IMG/VR virus record: IMGVR_UViG_3300043427_003402 | Source: a virus | Strand: one strand, 5' to 3' | Length of the DNA stretch: 64,000 bases | In this document: one piece after another, positions 17,988-27,150 of the stretch | Layout of the letters: the number at the start of each line of letters is the position of its first letter | Position numbering within the stretch: the first letter of the stretch is position 1 | The notes under the pieces: model-generated | What the model was told of the DNA's origin: nothing | Seen by the model: the letters and a program-made list of their open reading frames with translations, nothing else | The model's database searches: none | Program-made: the position numbers and the translations under genes

Positions 17988-20111
17988 ATGCGCCTGCCTT
18001 TAAACCCTGGACAGTGGGGTGCGTACATCCTTCAAGCAGTGATTCAGCAGTTGCCGATCATTGAGCCGTACGTGCAGTACACGCAGACCCTCGGTTCGGA
18101 CTCCGAGGGTAACGGGTACGGCATCATTCCGGTGAACAATTCTTTTATTCCGTTCGTTGTGCGCGCGTTCGAGTTGAAACCGTTTGACATTTTGATCCGC
18201 GAGCAGAACGGCGAACACAAGTTTTGCGCGCTCTCGGAAGCCAATTTGCTCACCGCGTTTAACAACGTGACGATGGGTGAGGCCGTGGAGCGCCTGCCGC
18301 AAGCTATTGACCGTGACGTGTTCCTAGATATGATTCCGCCGTACGCCGCGGCAGGCAGCAGTTTCGGCGCTACTCGCCGCGGGGCGTCTGGCGTTCAGCG
18401 CTCGTACTCCCAAGTCAAGTTGAGCAGCCTGATCCTCGACTTGCCGGACGCACACGTTGCGCGTATCTTCGATGCAATGAAGACCGCCTCTTCGACCGTG
18501 GCCCCGTTCGCCCTGCGCTGCATCCTCGACGCTTCGCGCACCAACACGCCACTGGCACCTGCGCACAGCACGGTGAAGGCCGCGCAGGATGTTAACAAGC
18601 TAGTCACACTGGAGCTACGCCCGTCCGGCGAAGTGCAAGTGGGTATGAATAACCACTTCGAGAACGTGACGTTGAAGACCGCGTCAACCTTGGTGCAGGC
18701 GGTTAATGGCGATGACTTGCCCCGGCTGTTTGCGGGCGAGCTTTTGATTTATGATTACCGGCCCGGCTTCCGAAGCAAGCAAGCAACCGAGTTGGGTATC
18801 GGCTACGGCGACGGGCAGCCCATCAAGGCGCATACGATTTATGAGGATCAACGCCAACGCCGCGACTTCATGGCTCACTCACGTTACGGTACGCTGTCTC
18901 AACCAGGCTGGTACGAAATGCCCCGTAGCTCGCGCACACAGCCACGCAAGTGCCGAGTGTTCAACACGCGGCAGTTGACCGGCCGGCCCAGCACGCGGCA
19001 ACTTTTTGTGTTCGACGACGGCTTTGCGTTGCACACCACTACTTCGGGAGTCCGGTACATACCGGTCAACGCTCCGCTGTCCGATCAGCTCTCACTGTTT
19101 TACCGCAAAGCGCACTTTAAGCCCGGTGAACTGTGCTTCTTGGTTTACCACGATAACGGAGAGGCCAGCGTGCCGTTCCGCGTGAACTCGGTAAACTTGA
19201 CCAACACCGACGTGACGACACTGCAGGTGACCCCGTTGCAGCCGGTTCCGGATATGGATGAAATTATCACATTGAGCTTTGGCTCGAACCGTCACCCGTA
19301 TACCCTGTCGCGCCACGAGATCGCGCTGCCGCGCGAAGGCTGCACGGTGTTTAGCCTGCGCAACCGTGACGTCTCGACGGAGATGGCAGACGAGTGCGCG
19401 TGCGACACGACTATCCCTACGGTGCAGGTGAAGGTGTACCGGGGCGGCGGCCTGTTTCGTGTGCAGGAGCAGCAGCGGCACCCTACCGAGCCGATGACCC
19501 GTGGCCAATTTGTACAGATGTTGATGGCGCGCTACGGTATGGACACGGATACCGCAATGAAGACGCTAGACGACATTTCGTCGTACAAGTACGATACGTT
19601 TGCTGCGCCCGTGTTCGAGGAGGCGCCCGCAGAGGCAGTTGCACATCAGATCGCTACAGAGCCACTCAAGCTGGCAATGGACATGTACGGGCTGCTCAAA
19701 GCGGCCGAGGGAGCGATGGATAATTCGGCAGACGCCACCGCCGCGTCCCAGCCCGACGCCAACGCGCAGACTATGGACCAATCAGGCAGGGGCGCGCCGG
19801 GAATGCTCGACACCAGTGCCGGGGTTGCACCACAGGTGCCAGGCGTACAAGACGTAGCGGACGTGCTGATGGGTTACGCAACGTCCGTCGCCTCGGACGA
19901 GGAGCTGACAGACATGAACCAAAGTCTGATCACGGGACTTGCTGACGCGATTGACACGGTCGGACGCCTTCTTCTGCTCGCACGGCTTGGTAAGTTAAAA
20001 TTCCTCACCGAGTTGGAGCTCCAGCGGATGCTGCGGGAATGCGACAAGTTCCGTGCTAATTTGATTAACGTGGCTGTTGCACGCGGCGAGTTTTTATCGG
20101 CAGGCGCTTGA
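17988..20111 (+). CDS. Hypothetical virion/head-associated protein with K-x-A motifs
   Basis: AGGAG SD; MKTAS, LKTAS, SKQAT, LKLAM, LKAAE. Confidence 0.55.
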   Translation: MRLPLNPGQWGAYILQAVIQQLPIIEPYVQYTQTLGSDSEGNGYGIIPVNNSFIPFVVRAFELKPFDILIREQNGEHKFCALSEANLLTAFNNVTMGEAVERLPQAIDRDVFLDMIPPYAAAGSSFGATRRGASGVQRSYSQVKLSSLILDLPDAHVARIFDAMKTASSTVAPFALRCILDASRTNTPLAPAHSTVKAAQDVNKLVTLELRPSGEVQVGMNNHFENVTLKTASTLVQAVNGDDLPRLFAGELLIYDYRPGFRSKQATELGIGYGDGQPIKAHTIYEDQRQRRDFMAHSRYGTLSQPGWYEMPRSSRTQPRKCRVFNTRQLTGRPSTRQLFVFDDGFALHTTTSGVRYIPVNAPLSDQLSLFYRKAHFKPGELCFLVYHDNGEASVPFRVNSVNLTNTDVTTLQVTPLQPVPDMDEIITLSFGSNRHPYTLSRHEIALPREGCTVFSLRNRDVSTEMADECACDTTIPTVQVKVYRGGGLFRVQEQQRHPTEPMTRGQFVQMLMARYGMDTDTAMKTLDDISSYKYDTFAAPVFEEAPAEAVAHQIATEPLKLAMDMYGLLKAAEGAMDNSADATAASQPDANAQTMDQSGRGAPGMLDTSAGVAPQVPGVQDVADVLMGYATSVASDEELTDMNQSLITGLADAIDTVGRLLLLARLGKLKFLTELELQRMLRECDKFRANLINVAVARGEFLSAGA

Positions 20112-20390
20112 TTGCTTTGGCTTCCGCGACACCCTTTTGACGACCCCGACGCGATCACGCAGACCGCGATGTACGACTTGCGCGACGAGCGCGAGTTCAA
20201 AGCGTACAACGAGTTGCTACGCGAGGACGGCCACACCCTGCGCATAGTGGACACCCAACACAAGTACGTATCGGAAAAGGTCACCTTTGACCGCACGGGC
20301 GCCGAGCTGGACCGCATCCCCGAGAAGTACTACGTCATCGTGACGTACAGGAAAAAACCGGAAGCGCCCGCCCGTAAACCGGAGGCTTGA
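20112..20390 (+). CDS. Hypothetical protein
   Basis: Operonic ORF with phage-like codon usage. Confidence 0.6.
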   Translation: MLWLPRHPFDDPDAITQTAMYDLRDEREFKAYNELLREDGHTLRIVDTQHKYVSEKVTFDRTGAELDRIPEKYYVIVTYRKKPEAPARKPEA

Positions 20391-21214
20391 GCGACATGCT
20401 GACACCTCGGCACCGTTACAACCGCGCGGCCATGAGTGTCGGCCTGCCCCCGGATCTTGACGGTTTAACTAACCGAGCAGCACCCGACGCGCTGACGCAA
20501 ATGGTAGAGACCGGCTTACGCGCGTGTGTTGGTGGGCAAGCCACGCGCAAACCGAAAGCCAAAGACAAAGCCCGGGGTAAGCTTATCGTTGGGCACGCAG
20601 ACTTCGCCCGCGCGTACGATCTCTACAAACAACCAGGTGCGCGCAAAACGTTCGATGCCGTGCTGCTAGCGACCTTGAGTGTAACGGACGCCGCAAACGT
20701 GCTGCGCGAAAAGGAAGCGTTTGTGCAGCTCTACGCCGACTGCTTTTTTGACATTTCGGTTTTCGAGGGCCCCACGGATCGGTTGACGTACCTCGATGCG
20801 GTCTACCGCCGCGACCCGCAGTACGCCCAGTTGCTGCGCAACATGCTGTCGGTGCCGCTTGAGCAGTTGCTGTTTATTGCAAATAGTTCGACAGGCGAGC
20901 GCTTGGACCCCAAGACGGTACTTGAAGCGGGCATGTCTTTGCATTACAATTTCATGCGGTTGTTCTCGCAGGTGAAACTAGAGACAATCATGTCGGCAGA
21001 CACGGACTCCGAAGATTACCGGCGGTTCAAGGAGATGTTCTCGATGGCGGTCACCGCGTCGAACTTGGCGCACAAGTTTGCTGACTCGCTGCTGAAGTAT
21101 GACTTGGATAAGGACCGCACCAACTTCTTGGACGAGTTTATTCTTAACCTGAGCAAGAGCAACCTTGCAGAGCACGTTTCTTTACCCGAAGCCGAAGACT
21201 TTGATATAATCTAA
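20387..21214 (+). CDS. Hypothetical protein
   Basis: GGAGG SD; overlaps the upstream stop codon. Confidence 0.65.
   Translation: MSDMLTPRHRYNRAAMSVGLPPDLDGLTNRAAPDALTQMVETGLRACVGGQATRKPKAKDKARGKLIVGHADFARAYDLYKQPGARKTFDAVLLATLSVTDAANVLREKEAFVQLYADCFFDISVFEGPTDRLTYLDAVYRRDPQYAQLLRNMLSVPLEQLLFIANSSTGERLDPKTVLEAGMSLHYNFMRLFSQVKLETIMSADTDSEDYRRFKEMFSMAVTASNLAHKFADSLLKYDLDKDRTNFLDEFILNLSKSNLAEHVSLPEAEDFDII
21202..21210 (+). promoter_or_regulatory. Consensus extended -10 promoter element
   Basis: TGATATAAT directly upstream of the orphan omegaRNA and HU-like gene. Confidence 0.5.
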
Positions 21215-21382
21215 GGGTCGGGCGATAACCAAGTCCGGCAACGGTAGAAATAAAATGGTATACCGCAGGGCATGCGGGAATTTAAGCTCGCGGAGAGGCT
21301 TAGCATTAGCGGCCTTGTCGAAACGAGAATCCCCCTGATTTAGCTGGGGGGGGGAAAGTCAAAGAGCTCTTATAAATTACGA
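21215..21382 (+). ncRNA. Orphan TnpB omegaRNA / non-autonomous IS200/IS605 right end
   Basis: Shares GCAGGGCATGC, GCTCGCGGAGAGG and GAANCGAGAA with the tnpB scaffolds; ends GAAT-CCCCC-loop-GGGGG-AAAG-TCAA (21362), the IS608-type right-end layout. Confidence 0.7.
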
Positions 21383-21389
21383 GGTTTGT

Positions 21390-21941
21390 ATGCCGCCACG
21401 TTTTTCCCTGTACAAGGCGCCCGTCACTCTCGGGTTCACCGAGGTGGAAGCGATCCTATCCGAGCGCACCGGTATCCGCCGCGACGACATCCGCCTTGTG
21501 CTGGACGAATTTTTCTACCTAGTCTTCGAGGCACTGCGCCGCGGGCACAACATTCGCTTGGCGCACATAGGCTTCTTCAACATCGTACGCACCTGGCCCC
21601 GGCTGTCGTGGAACTCTACGACCGGCAAACTGCAGTTCGTGCCGTCCGTGCATCAGGTCGGTTTTCGCGTGGCGCGCAGTACGTTGAATAAGATATTCGC
21701 TTACTTTACCAAGGGCCTTGAGCCAGTGGCACGTGAAGACTACGCTGAAGAAGTGTTACCTTATCACCTTGAGTACGCACTGCGTTCTGCGGACAAGCGG
21801 CTGTCACGAAACATGTTGGTCGATATGGAGGACTACGCGTTTTTGAAGCAGCTCGTAGAAGAGCTAAAAGAAAAAAGCCCAGAACCACCATCCTCTACCT
21901 CGTCCGAAGACGAGGTAGAAGGTGAGGAGTTGGTTACCTGA
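21390..21941 (+). CDS. HU/IHF-like DNA-binding protein with C-terminal extension
   Basis: LSERTGI..V..VLDEF..L..G..IRL..IGFF..R..WNSTTG...V.FR. Confidence 0.75.
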   Translation: MPPRFSLYKAPVTLGFTEVEAILSERTGIRRDDIRLVLDEFFYLVFEALRRGHNIRLAHIGFFNIVRTWPRLSWNSTTGKLQFVPSVHQVGFRVARSTLNKIFAYFTKGLEPVAREDYAEEVLPYHLEYALRSADKRLSRNMLVDMEDYAFLKQLVEELKEKSPEPPSSTSSEDEVEGEELVT

Positions 21942-21958
21942 AGGCCAAGTTAGATAAT

Positions 21959-22363
21959 TTACCGTCCGGTTAGTTTAAACGCGCACTTACCTTTAATAAC
22001 CACCGTGTCCCACACTAGGGTGTCCTCGTAGTAGTCCAGTTTGGCGTTCTCTGCGCCTATCCCGATGGTCACCGAGTCGCAGTGCCGCCACGCGTCCGCG
22101 AGTTCAGGATGCGTACCTTCCACGTAGAAAACTTCGGGGCCGTCGTATTCGACCGATTCGTAGTCAACGAAGCGCGGCGACCCGTCGTAACACAGGCCGC
22201 CGATCCCCGTCTCTTGGATCAAAGAGACTTCGTTCTCTACAGCCTCATTGAGCGCCTGCACAACCTTCTCGAATTGCGCGTTCCACAACTTTTCAATTTC
22301 CGGATCGTCGAAGTCGATCTCTTTATCGACCGGCATGTCAATCCTACCAATTACGTTTTGCAT
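21959..22363 (-). CDS. Acidic hypothetical protein
   Basis: AAGGAG SD before ATG 22363. Confidence 0.65.
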   Translation of the reverse strand: MQNVIGRIDMPVDKEIDFDDPEIEKLWNAQFEKVVQALNEAVENEVSLIQETGIGGLCYDGSPRFVDYESVEYDGPEVFYVEGTHPELADAWRHCDSVTIGIGAENAKLDYYEDTLVWDTVVIKGKCAFKLTGR

Positions 22364-22431
22364 TTTTATCTCCTTTACTGCGCGCCTCACATCTTGCGAG
22401 TCTATACCGAACGCTGGCTTAGAATGATTGA

Positions 22432-22641
22432 TTAGATTTCCCAGATTTCAGTCCCGTCCCCAAGCTGCCCAATATACCGAGGAGTTTTGCCGGTCGCCTC
22501 AATAACAGCTGCTTCAGCTGCGTTTGACGGGCGGTAATTGTATGAAATAAATTTTGAAATCTTAGGGTGATCAAAAATGACTACGCGAAAGCCCGAACCC
22601 CTCGCGTTGGTCGGTCCCTTGTATTTAGTTGTCACCATCAT
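22432..22641 (-). CDS. Hypothetical protein (TKYKGPTNARG family)
   Basis: AGGAG SD; paralogous motif shared with 22657, 23240 and 30905 ORFs. Confidence 0.65.
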   Translation of the reverse strand: MMVTTKYKGPTNARGSGFRVVIFDHPKISKFISYNYRPSNAAEAAVIEATGKTPRYIGQLGDGTEIWEI

Positions 22642-22656
22642 TGTTTGTACTCCTTT

Positions 22657-22941
22657 TTAGTATGCGGTAGCCGTCGCCATCTCTTGTTGTTTACGGACCA
22701 GTACAATCCAGTGATACGACCTTTCTTTCAAGGCCTCGGTGGGCGCGAGCCCGGTAAGCGTTTCAAACCACGTCGCCGGTCCTGCCGGCGATGCTTCGTA
22801 GGGGTACGGGTACATTCGCCATTTACCAGTTTGGTCATCGCGGATGCCGACCCGCGCACCCCGGCGGTCAGTTGGCGCGTGCAGCGTCAACCGGTACGTG
22901 TTGTACGGTTCCAGCACCGGATCTTTTTCACGGCGTTTCAT
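22657..22941 (-). CDS. Hypothetical protein (paralogue family)
   Basis: YRLTLHAPTDRRGARV motif; GGAGG SD. Confidence 0.65.
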   Translation of the reverse strand: MKRREKDPVLEPYNTYRLTLHAPTDRRGARVGIRDDQTGKWRMYPYPYEASPAGPATWFETLTGLAPTEALKERSYHWIVLVRKQQEMATATAY

Positions 22942-23214
22942 TTAACCCTCCTTCTTCGTACAGCAGCCGTCGCCTAACCCGCAGTCTACCCCGTCCCCTA
23001 AACACCCTGGGCATCCTCGACTTGGCCCGTGGAGCTCGTCCTCGAGCACCCACACCTGCTTATGTGTGTGATGATAGAGGAACCCCTCTCGGTGCATACT
23101 CACAATGAGTTGAATAGCGTTACCGCGCGGGATAGCGTGGGCTGCGGCGACTGCGTTGACCACCGCGTTTAACCTCTGGTACGTCCTGAACCCCTTGTAC
23201 TCTTTAATTGGCAT
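22942..23214 (-). CDS. Hypothetical protein with Cys-rich C-terminus
   Basis: GGAGAGG SD; CPGC..DCG. Confidence 0.6.
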   Translation of the reverse strand: MPIKEYKGFRTYQRLNAVVNAVAAAHAIPRGNAIQLIVSMHREGFLYHHTHKQVWVLEDELHGPSRGCPGCLGDGVDCGLGDGCCTKKEG

Positions 23215-23239
23215 TCTGCCCTCCCTTTCTCAGTTTGCC

Positions 23240-23497
23240 TTACTGCGCGCGCCCGATCACGATAAAGCTTCGCTCGCTCACTTCGTACCACGAAGCACAA
23301 GGCACGCCTGTTAGTTGTGTAAACATCTCGCCAACATTCCGCGCACCGCGCGGCTTGGTTCGCGCCACTCGTTCAAATGTGTCCAAGTTAAGGACCTCGA
23401 CGCGGTCTTCACCCGCTGAACTAGCGGGCAGCAGGGTCAGGCGGTGTAGACTCACCCTCCGATGCAGGCTCCTCCGCGAATTCGCTGCGGCGCTCAC
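23240..23497 (-). CDS. Hypothetical protein (paralogue of 22657)
   Basis: HRLTLLPASSAGEDRV; F.QLTG shared. Confidence 0.6.
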   Translation of the reverse strand: MSAAANSRRSLHRRVSLHRLTLLPASSAGEDRVEVLNLDTFERVARTKPRGARNVGEMFTQLTGVPCASWYEVSERSFIVIGRAQ

Positions 23498-23520
23498 TCT
23501 TTCCTCCTCTCATAGCCGCA

Positions 23521-23553
23521 CGCTAAGGCCCCGCTAGCAGCGGGGCCTTAGCG
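23521..23553. terminator. Perfect 15-bp hairpin (terminator or processing site)
   Basis: CGCTAAGGCCCCGCT-AGC-AGCGGGGCCTTAGCG; no clear U-tract. Confidence 0.45.
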
Positions 23554-23568
23554 TAGTGAATTTACTTG

Positions 23569-23835
23569 TCAGGTGTTGCATTCCACATCGTAGATAACTT
23601 GCTGGCGGTAAAGGTGCAACAGCTGTTCAATGAACTCAAACCGTTCCGCCCGGAACCGCTTGAATGCCTCCCGGTCGTCTTTAAACTCATTCTCGAAGAT
23701 CGGGTGGTTACGGTCCGCGAGGCACTGGAACTCTGCCGCCAGTTGCCGCAGAATTGCATCGCCCATTCCGTCGTATTCCGGCCCTCGGTACTGCAACGCT
23801 GCCCTTGTCTGTTTCATTGCGTACTCCTTGTCCAT
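23569..23835 (-). CDS. Hypothetical protein
   Basis: AGGAGG SD; operonic. Confidence 0.6.
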   Translation of the reverse strand: MDKEYAMKQTRAALQYRGPEYDGMGDAILRQLAAEFQCLADRNHPIFENEFKDDREAFKRFRAERFEFIEQLLHLYRQQVIYDVECNT

Positions 23836-23836
23836 T

Positions 23837-24403
23837 TTAGAATCCTCCTTTTTGCTTCATCATTTCTTTTGCTGTATCTGCCCCCAGTCCGACGATTTTC
23901 CATTCGCCGTCCGCTTGTTGCGCCATTTCACACACAAACACTGACGGCACACCGGCCCTGTCTTCCTTTATCACAGCTGTCGCCGAGCTGCCCGTTACGC
24001 TTATGCTGTCTAGGCTGAACGTCCCGGAGCTCAACAGTTCGTCTTTAATCGCGCCATCGAGCATCTTCTTGACGGCAGGCTCCAGCACCACGAGTAGCCC
24101 CTCCGCCAGGCTCTTACCCAGTTCATACCCGGCTTTACTCCACACGTCGGTTGGTACAGGGGCTTTCGCCATTTCTTCCTGTACGCTGTCGCGCATCGTT
24201 TGCACGAGGCTTGCTGCAACTGCGTCAGTGTCTACGTAGTGGTTGAACTTTTCCAGATCGTGTTGCCGTACTGCCTGCTGTAGTTGCCACAGTGAGTACT
24301 CGGGCCGTGACTTGGCGTATGATGTTCCGCCCCACATTACGCCGATCGCTAGCGCGGCTATAGCGACGTGTTTTTTAGCGATTTTGAAATCGGGTGAAAG
24401 CAT
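23837..24403 (-). CDS. DUF2939-like exported/membrane-anchored protein
   Basis: N-terminal hydrophobic anchor; PEYSLWQLQQAVRQHD..F..YVD; WKIVGL. Confidence 0.65.
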   Translation of the reverse strand: MLSPDFKIAKKHVAIAALAIGVMWGGTSYAKSRPEYSLWQLQQAVRQHDLEKFNHYVDTDAVAASLVQTMRDSVQEEMAKAPVPTDVWSKAGYELGKSLAEGLLVVLEPAVKKMLDGAIKDELLSSGTFSLDSISVTGSSATAVIKEDRAGVPSVFVCEMAQQADGEWKIVGLGADTAKEMMKQKGGF

Positions 24404-24422
24404 AAGTCCTCCTGTGTACACA

Positions 24423-24445
24423 CGCCGGATTACCCGCCGGCTCGG
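24423..24445 (-). repeat. 23-bp hairpin motif, copy 1, upstream of RBS
   Basis: CGCCGGATTACCCGCCGGCTCGG, identical at three loci. Confidence 0.85.
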
Positions 24446-24481
24446 GTGGAAACTTGGTTGACGATTACCCGTGTTTCTACC

Positions 24482-24853
24482 TCAGCATTTAGGGGCGGCA
24501 ATCCAGCTTGCAGCCTCCGCCGCACGTTTAACGTTCAGGCCCTCAATAGGCCCCTTTAAGCGGCCCATGAGTTCAGCCAAGACCACTCTTAAAAGTTCAG
24601 GACTTGTGTTCTCCGGGAGGCCCGTGCAGTAACTGCCGTCTTCAATTTGGACCCACTCGTGCGGGTCTGCCATCGGCGAACGGTCAGTTAATAGAAAAGG
24701 GCGCTCAAGGTATTCAGCCCTCAAGCGCCCCTTCACGTAGCAGCTAAACCGTAACAGTGGTGTGTCGTCCGGGTCGTCTTCGTTGTAGAACCCGTTCAGG
24801 CCCTCACCCAGGCTTTCAAGCTCGATGAGGACGTCGTCTTTTTGAAGTTGCAC
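24482..24853 (-). CDS. Hypothetical phage protein
   Basis: GEG..G.YNEDDPDDTPLLRF..DGSYCT motif; AAGGAG SD. Confidence 0.65.
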   Translation of the reverse strand: MQLQKDDVLIELESLGEGLNGFYNEDDPDDTPLLRFSCYVKGRLRAEYLERPFLLTDRSPMADPHEWVQIEDGSYCTGLPENTSPELLRVVLAELMGRLKGPIEGLNVKRAAEAASWIAAPKC

Positions 24854-24863
24854 GCTTTTCTCC

Positions 24864-25235
24864 TTAGTAGTGATGGATTCTGCCGTCGTCATCCGCCCAC
24901 AAATGCACTTCGCCGTACACATGCGCCGCCTTGGTGAGGCGGTCGGCCACATCTTGCGGCCAATGCCCGTCCCAAAAGCCCGCCCCGTGCCGGTTACGGG
25001 TCAACCAGAAGTCCTGCGCTGCTTGCACTAAGTCATCTTTGATTAGTTCGGCATTGAGCTTGCGAAAGTCCTCCCAATCTTCCCGCATCTTTTGCACGGC
25101 CTCGTCCGTGAGGTGGTGGGCGTACAGCTCATCTTCGCCGTCAACATGTGACGACCAACAAGCTGCATCCAAGTAAGCAGCGAAAGCTGCATCGTGTGGT
25201 GACACAATAAAACCGGTGCCTTGATACTGTGGCAT
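24864..25235 (-). CDS. Conserved hypothetical phage protein
   Basis: AYL.AA.WSS and DFWLTRNRHGAGFWD motif. Confidence 0.7.
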   Translation of the reverse strand: MPQYQGTGFIVSPHDAAFAAYLDAACWSSHVDGEDELYAHHLTDEAVQKMREDWEDFRKLNAELIKDDLVQAAQDFWLTRNRHGAGFWDGHWPQDVADRLTKAAHVYGEVHLWADDDGRIHHY

Positions 25236-25247
25236 TGTGTTCTCCTT

Positions 25248-25448
25248 TTAAAGCCAAGGCTTTGCAGCAATGGCGGCATCAATGACTTCCCACCCGCGCT
25301 CAACAACGTGGTTCTCGAGGGCACCGCGTACCGCTTTAATGACTGCGTTCAGCGCCGTTTCGGTCGGCTCAATCCCTACGCTTGACATGGCGTCGGCAAG
25401 ATCCTGCGCGGTCCATTTGACGCCGCAAATTTCTTCGTTAAGGTTCAT
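25248..25448 (-). CDS. Hypothetical protein
   Basis: Operonic; SD present. Confidence 0.55.
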   Translation of the reverse strand: MNLNEEICGVKWTAQDLADAMSSVGIEPTETALNAVIKAVRGALENHVVERGWEVIDAAIAAKPWL

Positions 25449-25914
25449 TGCTGTTTCCTTTCAAAGCTTCGTCACAGCTCCACTCGTCTACGCGCAAGCA
25501 CTCAAACTCGTAGACTTCTTCTACATCTTGCTCAAGCTTCTGGCTCTCTATTGAAAACCTCTCGCGCGCAATTTCTTCTGCTTCTTCCTTACAGCCAGCC
25601 TGCATGCAGAATGTTTTGGTTATTACAACCTGGACCGTTACTTCAAACTTCCGTTCTGCGAATACAGTTTTTTCTTGTACGTAGCCGCTGCCCACAGCTA
25701 CGTCTTGAAAGAGAGTCAATACGTCTAAAATGAATTGCGTCCGGACTGCCTCCTCTAAGTCCCCTTCCTCCTCTATGTCGCTAACCAGAACTTTTAAATC
25801 GGCTACTCGCTCATTTAAAAGCGCCCAGTTCATTCTGTCGAACAGAATGCTTTCAATTGAACACCCTTGGTTAAACAGTTCTTGTACGGTTTTTGTTTTA
25901 TCCGTGTGAAGCAT
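25438..25914 (-). CDS. Acidic hypothetical protein
   Basis: AAGGAG SD. Confidence 0.6.
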   Translation of the reverse strand: MLHTDKTKTVQELFNQGCSIESILFDRMNWALLNERVADLKVLVSDIEEEGDLEEAVRTQFILDVLTLFQDVAVGSGYVQEKTVFAERKFEVTVQVVITKTFCMQAGCKEEAEEIARERFSIESQKLEQDVEEVYEFECLRVDEWSCDEALKGNSNEP

Positions 25915-25940
25915 AAAATCTCCTTTCTGCTAAATTGTAA

Positions 25941-25970
25941 AAACACGGCGGCTGCGAAGCCGCCGTGTTT
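25941..25970 (-). terminator. Rho-independent terminator-like hairpin
   Basis: AAACACGGCGGCT-GCGA-AGCCGCCGTGTTT; T-run on the minus strand. Confidence 0.6.
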
Positions 25971-25980
25971 AGCCGGGGCG

Positions 25981-26211
25981 TCACAACCTCCGTATTTTGG
26001 ATCTTAGGCACGCGCTGCTGTAGCCATAGCCCCAGCCGTCTTCATCGTGGTTAAAACCACTGCCGTAGCCGCCACCGCCACTGTCACTGTAGCCGTCGTT
26101 ATAGCCGTCGCCGCTCCCTTCTTCGCAGCTGTCGCGGTATACACAACCCGTGCCGGTATAACCGGCGCCGTCGCCGTCGCCCCTACCAACTGGTGCAAAA
26201 CTTGGAGTCAT
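25981..26211 (-). CDS. Gly/Asp/Tyr-rich low-complexity protein
   Basis: GDG/GYG repeats; duplicate of 26208 ORF. Confidence 0.6.
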   Translation of the reverse strand: MTPSFAPVGRGDGDGAGYTGTGCVYRDSCEEGSGDGYNDGYSDSGGGGYGSGFNHDEDGWGYGYSSACLRSKIRRL

Positions 26212-26504
26212 GACAACCTCCGTAGCCCGGATCTTAGGTCCACACTGATGTAGCCGTAGCCGTCGCCGTCTTCATCGTGCCTAAAACCACTACCGGAGCC
26301 GCCACCGTCACCGTCACTATAGCCGTCGCAGCTGTCGTCGCCCCAGCCGTCGCAGCTGTCGTCGTAACCATCTCCGTAACCGTCACCGCCACTGTCAGTA
26401 TAACCGTGGCCGTTGCCCCAGCCATAACCGTAGTCGTTGCCCCAGCCGTAGCCCCAGCTGTAGCCGCTGCCGACCATCTTAAACGGGGGCATTACAGCCC
26501 CCAC
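26208..26504 (-). CDS. Gly/Asp/Tyr-rich low-complexity protein
   Basis: GYGWG/GDGYG repeats. Confidence 0.6.
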   Translation of the reverse strand: MGAVMPPFKMVGSGYSWGYGWGNDYGYGWGNGHGYTDSGGDGYGDGYDDSCDGWGDDSCDGYSDGDGGGSGSGFRHDEDGDGYGYISVDLRSGLRRLS

Positions 26505-26791
26505 CCGTCATTGACGGGCACCTTGAAAATGACTGAACCCGCAGGAACTTCCACCGGCTGTGTCATCTTGCGCAGCTCAACCCGCGAGTCAGACGGGTCG
26601 GCGATGACGCCGTCAAAGCCGACCTCGCTCCACCGGAACACCCACACCGCGTTGTTGAGGACCAAGTGGTTGTCCTCCTGGGTGACGTCGCCCGCGAAGA
26701 TCCAGCCGCGGTCGATGACGACCACCGCGCGATTGCCGGCCGGCGCTGCTGGCACGTACTTGACACCGTTGATCATGATTTCGTTTTGCAT
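26492..26791 (-). CDS. Hypothetical phage protein (DUF6948-like)
   Basis: INGVKYVP..VVVIDRGWIFAG..L.NA...RW; a type often found next to Gly-rich ORFs. Confidence 0.6.
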   Translation of the reverse strand: MQNEIMINGVKYVPAAPAGNRAVVVIDRGWIFAGDVTQEDNHLVLNNAVWVFRWSEVGFDGVIADPSDSRVELRKMTQPVEVPAGSVIFKVPVNDGWGL

Positions 26792-26832
26792 TTGTTTACT
26801 CCTTACTAATCTGCGCTACACTTTACTACAAC

Positions 26833-27123
26833 CTAGAACGGGAATTCATTTTCCTTGTACACTGTGCCGCAGCGCTCTACCGAGAGCCGGTCCTCGACCA
26901 TACGGCCCGTCTCGCACCACTGGCACACAACGGGATCGTCCTCCGGATCGTGGAACCCTGCCTCACACGAGCACTGCCGCTCCCATACCTGTATGGCTTT
27001 GGCCCCTGCTTTTGACAGCACAAGCACCTCGTCGAGAAGCTGCCGTGCTGCTACTACTTTTGGTTGCGGTGGGTCCTTAGACCCCGGCAACGTGTATGCT
27101 AACATAAATACTTTTTCTTGCAT
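26833..27123 (-). CDS. Zn-ribbon hypothetical protein (paralogue of 30654)
   Basis: VWERQCSCEAG..CQWCETG. Confidence 0.6.
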   Translation of the reverse strand: MQEKVFMLAYTLPGSKDPPQPKVVAARQLLDEVLVLSKAGAKAIQVWERQCSCEAGFHDPEDDPVVCQWCETGRMVEDRLSVERCGTVYKENEFPF

Positions 27124-27150
27124 TCTGCCTCCTGTTTGGTTTAGGTACCG

